Positions 19,486-28,629 of a stretch of 29,189 nt of DNA are shown piece after piece. The DNA lies in the NCBI GenBank assembly GCA_044222065.1, contig JBGAOA010000042.1, positions 6,769 to 35,957 of the forward strand, written 5' to 3'. The stretch comes from Candidatus Eiseniibacteriota bacterium (GTDB lineage: Bacteria; Eisenbacteria; RBG-16-71-46). The notes under the pieces were generated by a model. It did no database searches. It saw only the letters and a list, made by a program, of their open reading frames with translations, and had not been told where the DNA came from. How positions within the stretch are numbered: the first letter of the stretch is position 1; each line of letters starts with the position of its first letter. Position numbers and translations under genes: made by a program.

Positions 19486-19522
19486 GACGAAACGGGGCGG
19501 CTCCCGGAGGAGCCGCCCCGTT
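19486..19522 (-). terminator. Intrinsic terminator after the M16 peptidase pair
   Basis: 14-bp perfect stem AACGGGGCGGCTCC/GGAGCCGCCCCGTT with a 4-nt loop, 17 nt past the stop codon. Confidence 0.75.
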
Positions 19523-19539
19523 CGAAACCGCGCCGGAGT

Positions 19540-21690
19540 TCAGTTCGCCGGCTTCTTGAACTGCTCGTCGGTCACCTTCGGATCGAGGGTGATCGCCGTC
19601 ACCGTCTGATCCATGAACGGCTGGCCGCCCATCGTGACCTTCTGCGAGTGCGGGTAGCGGATCGACCCGACCGCCTTCCAGTCGGCGTACGTGACCGACT
19701 GCGCGGTCTGGCCCTGCGGCCCGCGGCCGAGGAAGTCCATGCGCGCGAGCTGTCCGTCGGGCGCGAAGAACAGCTGCCAGTCCTGGATCTTCTCGCTGCG
19801 CACGATCGCGACGTCGTACGCGATGCCGTCCACGGTCTGCTTCTCGGGCAGCGCCTGCACCTTGTACTGCTCGGGATGTCCGAACAGGCTGAAGAACGAG
19901 CGCTCCCAGTTCTCGGCCACCGTCGCCGCCAGCTCGGGCTGGTCGGCGACCTGGCCGAATCCCTTGCGCCAGCCGGCCGAGCCGTCGTAGCCCGACACCA
20001 TCTCGCCCATCGGCAGCTTCTGCGTGAGCAACAGCCGGTTCGGGAACGACCACACGGACCCGATGCCGAGCGCGAGCGACTGGCCCTGCATGGACACCTG
20101 CGCGCTCGCCTCCGACTGGAAGCCCTTGAGCGCCGCCCACGCGGCCGAACCGCCGTTGAGTTCGGCGGCGCGCTTGAGCCACTGCCGGCCCTTCGCGAGG
20201 TCCGCGTCGCTCGCCGCGCCGGCCTTGAGCTTCGAGGGCGGCGGGGGAATCGTCAGGTCGAAGCGCTCGAGCGGCATGCCCAGCGACTCGAGCGGCTTCT
20301 CGAAGTCCTTCTCCTTGCCGACGAGGATCGTGACGAGCTTGTCCGGGAACACGTGGCGCTTCGCGGCCTCGAGCACGGACTGCGGGGTGACCTTCGCGAG
20401 CGCCGCCTGGTAGCGCTGCAGATAGTCCGCCGGATAGCCGGCGACCTCGTAGAACGCCTGGCGGAACGCGACGTTCGAGGGCGACTCGTACTGGAACACG
20501 AGCGAGTTCTCGACCGACTCGCGGGCGATGCGCAGCTCCTCGTCCGAGAATGGCTCCTTCGTCACGCGCTCGACCTCCTCGCGCAGGATCTGGAGCGCGG
20601 TGAGCACCGAGTCGTTGCGCGTGAGCGAGACCGCGGTGAAGACGCCGGGGCGCAGGAAGCCGCCGCCCGCGTTCGCGCTCGAGTGGTACGCGAGCCCGCG
20701 CTGCGTGCGGATGCGGTTGAAGAGCCGCGACTGGAAGCCGCCGCCGAGCGCCTGTTCGAGCACGTCCATCGCGGCGACGTCGGGATCGTCGTTCTTGAAG
20801 CCGAGGTGGGCGAGGATCACGCCGCTCTGCGTCACGTCGTCCTTCGGCGCGAACACGATCCGGCCGCCCGGGCGCTCCTGGACCGGCGGCATCGCCGGCG
20901 GCGCGACCGCGCTCTTCTTCCAGTCGCCGAAGTTCGCGGCGATCAGCTTCTGCATCTCGGGCTTCGAGAAGTCGCCGTACACGACGAGGATCGCGCGGTC
21001 GGGGCTGAAGCACAGCTCGTGGAACTTCACGAGGTCCTCGCGTCCGATCGCTTCGATCGTCGCGTACTCGGGGATGCGCGCGTACGGGCTGTCCTTGCCG
21101 AACACGGACTGGCTCGCGACGCGCTGCAGCACCGAACCCATCTCGTCGTTGCGGCCCGCGATGCCGCGCCGCGCCGACACCTTCGCGAGTTCGATCTTGT
21201 CGTCGGGGAACGCCGGGCGGCGCGTGACCTCGGCGAGCAGCCCGATCACCTCGGCCAGGTTCTCCTTCAGGCAGTAGAAGCCGGTCGTCGCGACGTCCGT
21301 GCCCACGTTCGCGCTGACGCTCGCGCCGATCGCGCCGAGGCGGTCGTCGAGCCAGTCGCCGGGCTTCGCCGCGGAACCGCCGGTGCGCATGACCGAACCG
21401 GTGACGCCCGCGAGTCCCTGCTTGTCGGCCGGCTGCCACGTCGCGCTCGAGCGGAACGTCATCTGCCCGTACACGCGCGGCAGCGAGTGGTCCTCCTGCA
21501 GGTACACGACGATGCCGTTCTTGAGGACGGTGCGCTCCGGCGCGAACTTCGGAATCGGATGGAGCGCGGGAATCGTGAGGCGCCGGGGATCGAAGCGCGA
21601 ATCGTCGGCGGCGCCGGCCGGCGCGGCGAGCGCGCCGGAGAGGGCCGCGACGGCGCAGGCGCCGAGCAGCGTGCGGAGGAAGCGGCTCAT
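19540..21690 (-). CDS. M16B peptidase non-catalytic subunit with extra C-terminal domain
   Basis: Signal peptide, LKNGIVVYLQEDHSLP and LGGGFQSRLFNRIRTQRGLAY (R/Y pair). No HxxEH. About 220 additional residues follow a PPPP linker. Confidence 0.88.
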   Translation of the reverse strand: MSRFLRTLLGACAVAALSGALAAPAGAADDSRFDPRRLTIPALHPIPKFAPERTVLKNGIVVYLQEDHSLPRVYGQMTFRSSATWQPADKQGLAGVTGSVMRTGGSAAKPGDWLDDRLGAIGASVSANVGTDVATTGFYCLKENLAEVIGLLAEVTRRPAFPDDKIELAKVSARRGIAGRNDEMGSVLQRVASQSVFGKDSPYARIPEYATIEAIGREDLVKFHELCFSPDRAILVVYGDFSKPEMQKLIAANFGDWKKSAVAPPAMPPVQERPGGRIVFAPKDDVTQSGVILAHLGFKNDDPDVAAMDVLEQALGGGFQSRLFNRIRTQRGLAYHSSANAGGGFLRPGVFTAVSLTRNDSVLTALQILREEVERVTKEPFSDEELRIARESVENSLVFQYESPSNVAFRQAFYEVAGYPADYLQRYQAALAKVTPQSVLEAAKRHVFPDKLVTILVGKEKDFEKPLESLGMPLERFDLTIPPPPSKLKAGAASDADLAKGRQWLKRAAELNGGSAAWAALKGFQSEASAQVSMQGQSLALGIGSVWSFPNRLLLTQKLPMGEMVSGYDGSAGWRKGFGQVADQPELAATVAENWERSFFSLFGHPEQYKVQALPEKQTVDGIAYDVAIVRSEKIQDWQLFFAPDGQLARMDFLGRGPQGQTAQSVTYADWKAVGSIRYPHSQKVTMGGQPFMDQTVTAITLDPKVTDEQFKKPAN

Positions 21691-21691
21691 C

Positions 21692-23284
21692 TCACTTCCC
21701 TCCTTCGTTCGAAGCGGTCTTGGGATTCACGATCATCGCGACCGTGCGGTTGCCCTTGCGGATCGCGGCGCGTGCGGCCGCGTTCACGGACTCGGGCGTG
21801 AGCGTCGCGACGCGCTCCGCGCCGCGGAAGAACTCGCGCCAGTCGCCCTGCACGATCTGCGCGGTCGCGAGCGCGCGGGCGAGTCCCTGGTTGCCCTCGA
21901 CCTGCCCGATCATCTGGGCGCGCGTGCGCACGCGGAAGCCGTCCACCTCGTCGGCCGTGAAGGGCTTCGAGGCGAGCGCCTCCTCGACGACTTCGTGGAA
22001 CGCGGCCTCGACCGCGAGCGGGTCCTGTCCCGCAGCGGGCACGATGTAGGCGAACAGCAGGTTCGGGTACTTCTCGCCCGGGAAGCCGGTCGCGAACCCG
22101 ACGGTCGTCGCGATCTTCCGTTCCTTCACGAGCGCCTTGTAGATGCGCGAGTACTCGCCGCCGCCGAGCAGGTCGGCGGCCGCTTCGTAGGCCGGGTACG
22201 ACGGATCGGAGGCGGCCGGGATGTGCCAGCCGATGAAGATGAACGGCTGCGCCGGGTCCTCGAGCAGGATGCGGCGTTCGGCGCGCTGCTCGGGCTCGAC
22301 CGTCGCGACGGGCGCCGGCGCCGGAGCGTCGGAGAGGTCGGCGAAGTACTTCTCGGCGTACGCGCGGACGTCGGCGGCCTTCACGTCGCCGGCGACCGAC
22401 ACGGCCATGTTCTTCGCGACGTAGTGCTCGCGGTAGAACGCCTCGCCCTGCTTGCGCGTGAAGCTCTTCAGGTCGGACGGATAGCCGATGCCGCCGAAGC
22501 CGTACGGATGGGCCACGAACGCGGTCGTGATGAACTCCCAGAACAGGCGGCCCGTCGGCGAGGACTCGTAGCGCATGCGCCGCTCCTCGTAGACGACGTC
22601 CCGCTCCTTGTAGAACTCGCGGAACACCGGATGCGCCATGCGTCCGCCCTCGAGCAGCGCCCACAGTTCGAGGCGGTTCGACGGCAGCGAATAGAAGTAG
22701 GTCGTGACGTCGTTCGCGGTGCCGGCGTTCACGCCGACGGCGCCGTTGCGCTCGAGCAGCGCGGTGAACTCGTTCGAGGCCACCTTGTCGCGCGCCGCCT
22801 CCTGCGCCTTGCGGAATTCGCCTTCGAGGCGCGCGAGCGCGTTCGTATCCGCGCGCACGCCCTTCGCCTTCTCGGCCAGGATCCGCGAGTACAACGCGTC
22901 TTCGGCGTCGAGCAGCGGCTGCTCGCCGGCGTAGTCCTTCGTGCCGACGATCGCGGTGCCCTTGAACGCCATGTGCTCCATCATGTGCGCGATGCCGGTC
23001 GTGCCGACGTTCTCGTCGGCGGCGCCGGCGTTGACCACGGTCGCGAAGCTGAACACCGGCGCGGTGCTGCGCTCGACGACGAGGAACTTGAGGCCGTTCG
23101 CGAGCGTGAACTCCTGCACTTGGCTTTCGAGCGACTCGAGGCCCGTGACGACGCGCGCGGGCGCGGCCTTCGTCGCGGGCCTTGGCGCCGCGAACGCGGT
23201 CGCGCCCGCGACGGGCGCGATCGCGCACGCGAGCGCGAGGGCGAGACACGCGCGCGCGGGCGCGCGGTCGGACGTGTGGAACAT
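21692..23284 (-). CDS. M16B (pitrilysin/insulinase family) zinc peptidase catalytic subunit
   Basis: Signal peptide, GIAHMMEHMAFKG (HxxEH), NAGT...TTY and ERDVVYEERR. Confidence 0.92.
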   Translation of the reverse strand: MFHTSDRAPARACLALALACAIAPVAGATAFAAPRPATKAAPARVVTGLESLESQVQEFTLANGLKFLVVERSTAPVFSFATVVNAGAADENVGTTGIAHMMEHMAFKGTAIVGTKDYAGEQPLLDAEDALYSRILAEKAKGVRADTNALARLEGEFRKAQEAARDKVASNEFTALLERNGAVGVNAGTANDVTTYFYSLPSNRLELWALLEGGRMAHPVFREFYKERDVVYEERRMRYESSPTGRLFWEFITTAFVAHPYGFGGIGYPSDLKSFTRKQGEAFYREHYVAKNMAVSVAGDVKAADVRAYAEKYFADLSDAPAPAPVATVEPEQRAERRILLEDPAQPFIFIGWHIPAASDPSYPAYEAAADLLGGGEYSRIYKALVKERKIATTVGFATGFPGEKYPNLLFAYIVPAAGQDPLAVEAAFHEVVEEALASKPFTADEVDGFRVRTRAQMIGQVEGNQGLARALATAQIVQGDWREFFRGAERVATLTPESVNAAARAAIRKGNRTVAMIVNPKTASNEGGK

Positions 23285-23364
23285 GGAACCTCCGTGAAGG
23301 GACCGAGGGGACGGGGGAAGCGCGGGGGACTATGCCACACGGCGCGCGCGCGGGCGCGCGCCGC

Positions 23365-23928
23365 TCAGGCGCCGGCGCGGCGCGCGGCGCGCCCGAGCCC
23401 GAGCAGCAGGCCTTCGACGATCGCCGCGGGCGCGGGCGGGCAGCCGGGAATGCGCACGTCCACGGGCAGCACCGACTCGACGCCCTCGAGCGTCGCGAAC
23501 GAGCCGGCGCAGAACCCGCCGTGGCACGCGCAGTCGCCGATCGCGACCACGAGCCGGGGGCGCGGCGTCGCTTCGTCGGTGAGCTGCAGCGCCTCGACCG
23601 AGTGGCGGGCGGGCGGGCCCGTGACGAGCAGCGCGTCGGCGTGACGCGGGCTCGCGACGAAGTCGAGTCCGAAGCGCTGAAGGTCGTAGAACGGATTGAG
23701 CAGCGCCTGCAACTCGCTCTCGCACGCGTTGCACGACCCGGCGTCCACGTGCCGCAGCCGCATCGAGCGGCCGAACAACCGCTGCACCTCGACGCGCAGC
23801 GCCTGCCCGAGCACTTCGATCTCGCCCGCGGCGGCGCGTGGCGCGAGCGTCACGCCTTCGGGCACGACGAGCGGCTCGCGGCCCGAGAGCACGCCGCGCT
23901 GCAGCGAGCGCCTCAGCAGTTCCCACAC
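23365..23928 (-). CDS. Group 4 hydrogenase/Ehr small subunit (NuoB/HyfI-like, one [4Fe-4S])
   Basis: Motifs DAGSCNACESE, SPRHADALLVTGP, IGDCA and IPGCPPAP. Confidence 0.92.
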   Translation of the reverse strand: MWELLRRSLQRGVLSGREPLVVPEGVTLAPRAAAGEIEVLGQALRVEVQRLFGRSMRLRHVDAGSCNACESELQALLNPFYDLQRFGLDFVASPRHADALLVTGPPARHSVEALQLTDEATPRPRLVVAIGDCACHGGFCAGSFATLEGVESVLPVDVRIPGCPPAPAAIVEGLLLGLGRAARRAGA

Positions 23929-23950
23929 GGTGACGGCTCCCCGCGCGCGC

Positions 23951-25555
23951 TCATCGGTCCACGCACGCGTAGCAGAGGTTGAACGACTTGTTCACGAGCG
24001 GGAAGTCCGGAACGATGCTGTCGAGCACCGCGACGGCGAGCGCGGGCCAGTTCGCGTGCGACGCGGAACGCAGCCGCCACTCGTCCACGGTGCCGCCCGG
24101 GCCGGTGCGAACCCAGTGCGCGAGCCGTCCGCGCGGCGACTCGACGAGCCCGAGCCCCGAGGCGCCCGGCGGGATCTCGCCGAGGTGCGTCGTGAGCGGC
24201 CCGCCCGGCAGCCGCAGCAGCAGCTGATCGGCGACGTTCAGCGACTCGTGCAGCTCGTCGAAGCGCAGCTCGACGCGCGCGAGCGCGTCGCCGGCTTCGC
24301 GCAGCGGCACGACGAAGTCCACGTCGCGGTAGAACGCGTAGGGATGGTCGCGCCGCGTGTCGCCCGGCAGTCCCGCGGCGCGAGCGGCGGGGCCGACGAC
24401 GCCGAGGTCGCGCGCGGTCGCGGTCGCGAGCGTGCCCGCGCCGGTGAAGCGCTCCACGACCGAGGCGTTCGCGCGCAGCGCGCGCGCGAGCGACTCGAAG
24501 TCCGCGCGCACGTCGGCGAGCACGGCGCGCAGCCACGTCTGCTGCGATTCGTCGAGGTCGCGCAGCACGCCGCCGGGCACGGCGATGCCGCGCAGGAAGC
24601 GGTGTCCGAACGCCGCCTCGATCGCGCGCTGCAGGACCTCCTTCAGGCGCGCCGCCTCGATCGAGCCGACGACCCAGGCGACCGTCGAGAACGCGAGCGC
24701 GAGGTCGCTCGCGTGGTTGTAGAGGCGTTCGAACTCGGCCGCGAGCGTGCGCAGCGCGCGGGCGCGCGCCGGGGCGAGCACGCCCGTCGCCTCCTCGAGC
24801 GCCTGCGAAAACGCGAGCGCGTGCGAGAACGCGCACAGGCCGCACGCGCGCTCGGCGATCTCGAGCGCGCGGCCGGCGCTCGCGCCGCGCGCGAGCGTCT
24901 CGAGTCCGCGGTACGTCCAGCCGAGCCGCACGTCGAGCTGCGCGATCGCCTCGCCGACGCTCGCGAAACGGAAATGCCCGGGCTCGATGATGCCGGCGTG
25001 GATCGGGCCCACCGGGATCTCGAACACGCCTTCGCCCGCGACCGGGCGGGCCTCGAAGCGCGGCGCCCACGCGAGTCCCTCGGGCGGCGCGAAGTCGCGG
25101 CGCAACGGGTGCGTGCCGGCGGGCCAGCCGGCGTGCGCGACGAGCGGCCGCGGGTCGGGGTGTCCCGCCGGCACGACGCCGAGCAGGTCGCGCAGCTCGC
25201 GTTCGAGCCAGTGCGCGGCCGGGCAGCCCGGCGTCAGCGACGGATAGGACGGCGCGTCCTCGGGGACCGCGGCGACGAGCGTGAGCAGCGCGTCCTCCGG
25301 GGCCATCGAGAACACCGCGTGCAGCCGGAAGCGGCCGTGCGGATCGCGCTCGTCGAGCGCGAACGCCGTGACGAGGGCCCCGCCCCATTCGGCGTGCAGC
25401 GCGCGCGCGACGTCCGCGAGCCGCGCGGCCGGAACGACGACGAGGTGTTCGCGCACGCTGCCGCGGTCGGCGTCGATGACGGCGTCCGCGAAGCGCTCCT
25501 TGAGCCCGCGCAGCGCGCGCTCCAGCGGGAACAGCTCGCCGCTCTCGCGCTTCAC
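23951..25555 (-). CDS. Group 4 hydrogenase/Ehr large subunit (NuoC-NuoD fusion, HyfG/HycE-like)
   Basis: GTGA overlap with the hyfF-like gene. Motifs WLERELRDLLG, GPIHAGIIEPGHFRF, ERACGLC, VESPRG and C-terminal NKSFNLCYACVDR. Confidence 0.92.
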   Translation of the reverse strand: MKRESGELFPLERALRGLKERFADAVIDADRGSVREHLVVVPAARLADVARALHAEWGGALVTAFALDERDPHGRFRLHAVFSMAPEDALLTLVAAVPEDAPSYPSLTPGCPAAHWLERELRDLLGVVPAGHPDPRPLVAHAGWPAGTHPLRRDFAPPEGLAWAPRFEARPVAGEGVFEIPVGPIHAGIIEPGHFRFASVGEAIAQLDVRLGWTYRGLETLARGASAGRALEIAERACGLCAFSHALAFSQALEEATGVLAPARARALRTLAAEFERLYNHASDLALAFSTVAWVVGSIEAARLKEVLQRAIEAAFGHRFLRGIAVPGGVLRDLDESQQTWLRAVLADVRADFESLARALRANASVVERFTGAGTLATATARDLGVVGPAARAAGLPGDTRRDHPYAFYRDVDFVVPLREAGDALARVELRFDELHESLNVADQLLLRLPGGPLTTHLGEIPPGASGLGLVESPRGRLAHWVRTGPGGTVDEWRLRSASHANWPALAVAVLDSIVPDFPLVNKSFNLCYACVDR

Positions 25556-27015
25556 GGCCGCAGCACCTCGGCCGCGCGCTCGATCAGCGCGCGCACCGGC
25601 GCGGGCAGCCAGACGCCGAACAGCACGAGCAGCGCGGCGAGCCCCCAGAGCGGCGCGTGCGCGAACGCCGGGACGCGCATCCGCGCGTCGTCGCGCGGCC
25701 TGCCGATCGCCATGCGCGTCCAGTGGAACGCGAGCCCGGCGAAGATCACGGCGAGCGCGGCGAACGCGACGCCGACGGCGAGCACGTGTCCGCCCGCGAG
25801 TCCGCCGCCGAGCGCGAACCACTCCGAGAGGAACAGCGACGTCGGCGGCAAGCCCGCGAGCGCGATGCCGGACACGGCGAACAGCGGCGCGAGCGCGGGG
25901 AACGTCTCGACCACGCCGATCCAGCGGTCCATGCGCCGCGTGCCGTAGCCGGTCGCGAGCGAGCCGCCGAGCAGGAACGCGAGCGCCTTCGCGAGCGACT
26001 GGCCGACGAGGTGGAACAGCGCGCCCGTGACCGCGAGCGGCGTGCCGAAGCCGACCGCGAGCGTGACGAGGCCGGCGTTCTCGAGGCTCGAGTAGGCGAG
26101 CAGCCGCTTGTAGTCGCCCTGCAGCAGCAGGAACGGCACGCTCACGAGCAGCGACAGCGCGCCGAACACGACGAGCAGCCCGCCGGACCACGGCGACTCG
26201 AGTCCGCGAGCGCACAGCGAGTGGAAGCGGAACAGCGCGACGAGCGACACCGCGAGCAGTCCGCCGGACATCGTCGCGCTCACGGGCGTCGGCGCCTGGC
26301 CGTAGGCGTCGGGCGCCCAGGTGTGGAGCGGTGCGAGTCCGGCCTTCGCGCCGTAGCCGACGAGCGCGAACAGGAACGACAGCCGCAGCAGGCGCGCGTC
26401 GAGGTGCGGAGCGACCTCGCGCAGCGCGGCCCACTGCAGGCCGGCCGCGCCCTCGCCGAACACGCCGACCGCCGAGGCGTAGAGCAGCACGGTCGCGAGC
26501 AGCGCGAACACGACGCCGACCGAGCACAGGATGAGGTACTTCCACGCGGCCTCGAGCGCGCCGGGCCGCGGGTAGGCGCTCACGAGCACGGCCGAGGCGA
26601 GCGTGCTCGTCTCGATCGCGATCCACAGCAGGCCGAGGTTGTTCGCGATCGCGGCGACGACGAGCGATCCGACGAGCGCCTGGAAGAGCGCGTGGAAGCG
26701 CTGCGGCGTCCACCGCGCCCCGAGTTCCGACGCGACGAGCGGAAGGTAGCCGGCGCCGTACCACGACGACGCGAGCGCGACGACCGCGACGAGGCACAGC
26801 ACGAGCGCCGCGAGCGGGTCCGCGAGCAGCCAGCCGCCGCCGCCGACCGCCGGCGCTCCGCCGAGCGCGCCCGCCGCGACCGCGAGCGCGCCCGCGAGCA
26901 CGAGCGCGTTCGCGCCGATCGCGACGCGCGCCGGCGTGCGCGCCCCCGGGACCACGAGGCACGCGATCGCCGAGAGCGGCGGCAGCAGCGCGAGGGCGAG
27001 CAGCAGGACGTTCAC
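25552..27015 (-). CDS. hyfF: HyfF-like proton-translocating antiporter subunit
   Basis: Motifs LLWIAIE, LEAAWKYLILCSVG, GYGAKAGLAPLHTWAPDAY and KRLLAYSS. Confidence 0.88.
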   Translation of the reverse strand: MNVLLLALALLPPLSAIACLVVPGARTPARVAIGANALVLAGALAVAAGALGGAPAVGGGGWLLADPLAALVLCLVAVVALASSWYGAGYLPLVASELGARWTPQRFHALFQALVGSLVVAAIANNLGLLWIAIETSTLASAVLVSAYPRPGALEAAWKYLILCSVGVVFALLATVLLYASAVGVFGEGAAGLQWAALREVAPHLDARLLRLSFLFALVGYGAKAGLAPLHTWAPDAYGQAPTPVSATMSGGLLAVSLVALFRFHSLCARGLESPWSGGLLVVFGALSLLVSVPFLLLQGDYKRLLAYSSLENAGLVTLAVGFGTPLAVTGALFHLVGQSLAKALAFLLGGSLATGYGTRRMDRWIGVVETFPALAPLFAVSGIALAGLPPTSLFLSEWFALGGGLAGGHVLAVGVAFAALAVIFAGLAFHWTRMAIGRPRDDARMRVPAFAHAPLWGLAALLVLFGVWLPAPVRALIERAAEVLRP

Positions 27016-27022
27016 GCGCGCC

Positions 27023-27694
27023 TCATCCCTTGAGCGTCGTCAGACGCTTCGTGTCCGCGGACTCGAACGTCTCTTCGATGCGGCCGACGAACAGCCCGAG
27101 CAGAGCGACGCCGACGAGCACGTCGAGCAGCACGCCCATCTCGACGACGAGCGGCATGCCGTACGTGAGCGACACGGCAGCGAGGAAGATCGCGTTCTCG
27201 ACGATCACGAGCCCGACGATCTGCAGCAGCGGCTGCCGCCGAGTCACCATGAGGAACAGCCCGAGCAGCGCGGTCGCCATCGAGACGGGCAGGCACGAGC
27301 CGAGCACCGTCGCGGGCGAGCCGAACAGCTCGCGCGTCTCGGCGAACGCCAGCACGACGAGCGCGCCGCACAGCAGCGTGCCCACGGGGACCGCGACGAG
27401 CGGCGCGGGCTCGGCGCGCTTCGCGGCGTCGAGCGCGCGCGTGCGCAGCAGGAACGGAATGAGGACGCCCTTGAAGCCGAGCACGAGCGCCGCCGCGATC
27501 CAGATGTGCCGCGCGCCCGTGGAGCCCGCGACGACCGCGGCGATGAGCGCGAGGCTCACCGAGTTCCACGCGTACCCGGCCACGCAGTCGGCGGGGCGCC
27601 GCCGCGTCACGGCGTAGAGCGCGGACAGCAGGAACGCGCCCGCGAGCAGGTTGAGCGCGCTCGAGCGCGGCAGCCAGTCGAGTTCGGGGATCAT
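27023..27694 (-). CDS. hyfE: HyfE-like membrane subunit
   Basis: ATGA overlap with the hyfC-like gene. Motifs KGVLIPFLL, GLVIVENAI and GMPLVVEMGVLLDV. Confidence 0.85.
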   Translation of the reverse strand: MIPELDWLPRSSALNLLAGAFLLSALYAVTRRRPADCVAGYAWNSVSLALIAAVVAGSTGARHIWIAAALVLGFKGVLIPFLLRTRALDAAKRAEPAPLVAVPVGTLLCGALVVLAFAETRELFGSPATVLGSCLPVSMATALLGLFLMVTRRQPLLQIVGLVIVENAIFLAAVSLTYGMPLVVEMGVLLDVLVGVALLGLFVGRIEETFESADTKRLTTLKG

Positions 27695-28629
27695 CGGAGC
27701 AACGAGTCCGAGGACAGCGCGAGCAGCGAGAGCAGGAACGCCATGCCGAGGAACTCGGGGATGCGGAACAGCCGCAGCCGCGCGACGAGCGACTCGGTCA
27801 CGGCGACGACGAGCGCGAACAGCGCGAGCTTGAGCGCCCACGCGATCGCGCCCGCGAGCATCGCGCCGGGCTCGGCGTCGAGCGCGATGCCCCACGGCAG
27901 GAACAGGTTCGCGACGAGCGTGAACAGCGTGATCTGGCGCAGCGCCGCCGACCACTCGAGCAGCGCGAGGTGGCGCCCCGAGTAGTCGAGCACGAGGCCT
28001 TCGTGGACCATCGTCAGTTCGAGGTGCGTGACCGGGTTGTCCACCGGGACGCGGCCGGTCTCGGCGAGCGCGACGATCCACACGGCCGCGAGCGCGAGCA
28101 GGTGCGAAGGCGAGAGCCAGCCGTGCGGCGCGCGCGCGACGGCGCCGCTGATGCCTGCGAGATCGGTCGTGCCGGCGCCGAGAGCGAGCGTGAACACCGC
28201 GAGCATGAGCGCGGGCTCGGCGAGCGCCGACAGCGCGAGGTGGCGGCTCGCGGCCATGCCGCCGAACGTCGTGCCGCATTCGAGCGCGCCGAACGCGAGC
28301 AGCATGCGCACGCCGGCGAGCAGCGCGACCGTGAGCACGAGGTCGCCCGTGAACGACAGCGGGCCTTCGACCGTGAGGACCGGGATCCACGTCGCGATCG
28401 CGACCGAGGCGCCGAACACGACGTACGGCACGGCGCGCGCGAGCCACGACGCGTCGTTCGAGACGATGGACTCCTTGTGGAGCAGCCGCGCGAGGTCGGC
28501 GTAGCGCTGGAACAGCGGCGCCCCGCGCCGCATCTGGAGCCGCGCGCGCAGCTTCGCGATCGCGCCGGCGAACAGCGGCGCGAGCGCCACGAGCAGCAGC
28601 GTCTGGAGCAGCACGACGAGTGCGCTCAT
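27691..28629 (-). CDS. hyfC: HyfC/HycD (NuoH-like) membrane subunit
   Basis: Motifs ARLQMRRGAPLFQRYADL, FGGMAASR and AETGRVPVDNPVTHLELTMVHE. Confidence 0.9.
   Translation of the reverse strand: MSALVVLLQTLLLVALAPLFAGAIAKLRARLQMRRGAPLFQRYADLARLLHKESIVSNDASWLARAVPYVVFGASVAIATWIPVLTVEGPLSFTGDLVLTVALLAGVRMLLAFGALECGTTFGGMAASRHLALSALAEPALMLAVFTLALGAGTTDLAGISGAVARAPHGWLSPSHLLALAAVWIVALAETGRVPVDNPVTHLELTMVHEGLVLDYSGRHLALLEWSAALRQITLFTLVANLFLPWGIALDAEPGAMLAGAIAWALKLALFALVVAVTESLVARLRLFRIPEFLGMAFLLSLLALSSDSLLR

Noticed and set aside
19360..23644. Very long plus-strand ORFs (813 aa and 781 aa) and many similar antisense ORFs across the window
   Set aside because: They lie opposite well-supported genes, have no motifs, and are expected from stop-codon scarcity at high GC.
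25556..26962. Apparent 1003-aa hydrogenase large subunit
   Set aside because: The extra N-terminal part is an off-frame reading of hyfF. The real start is GTG 25555.
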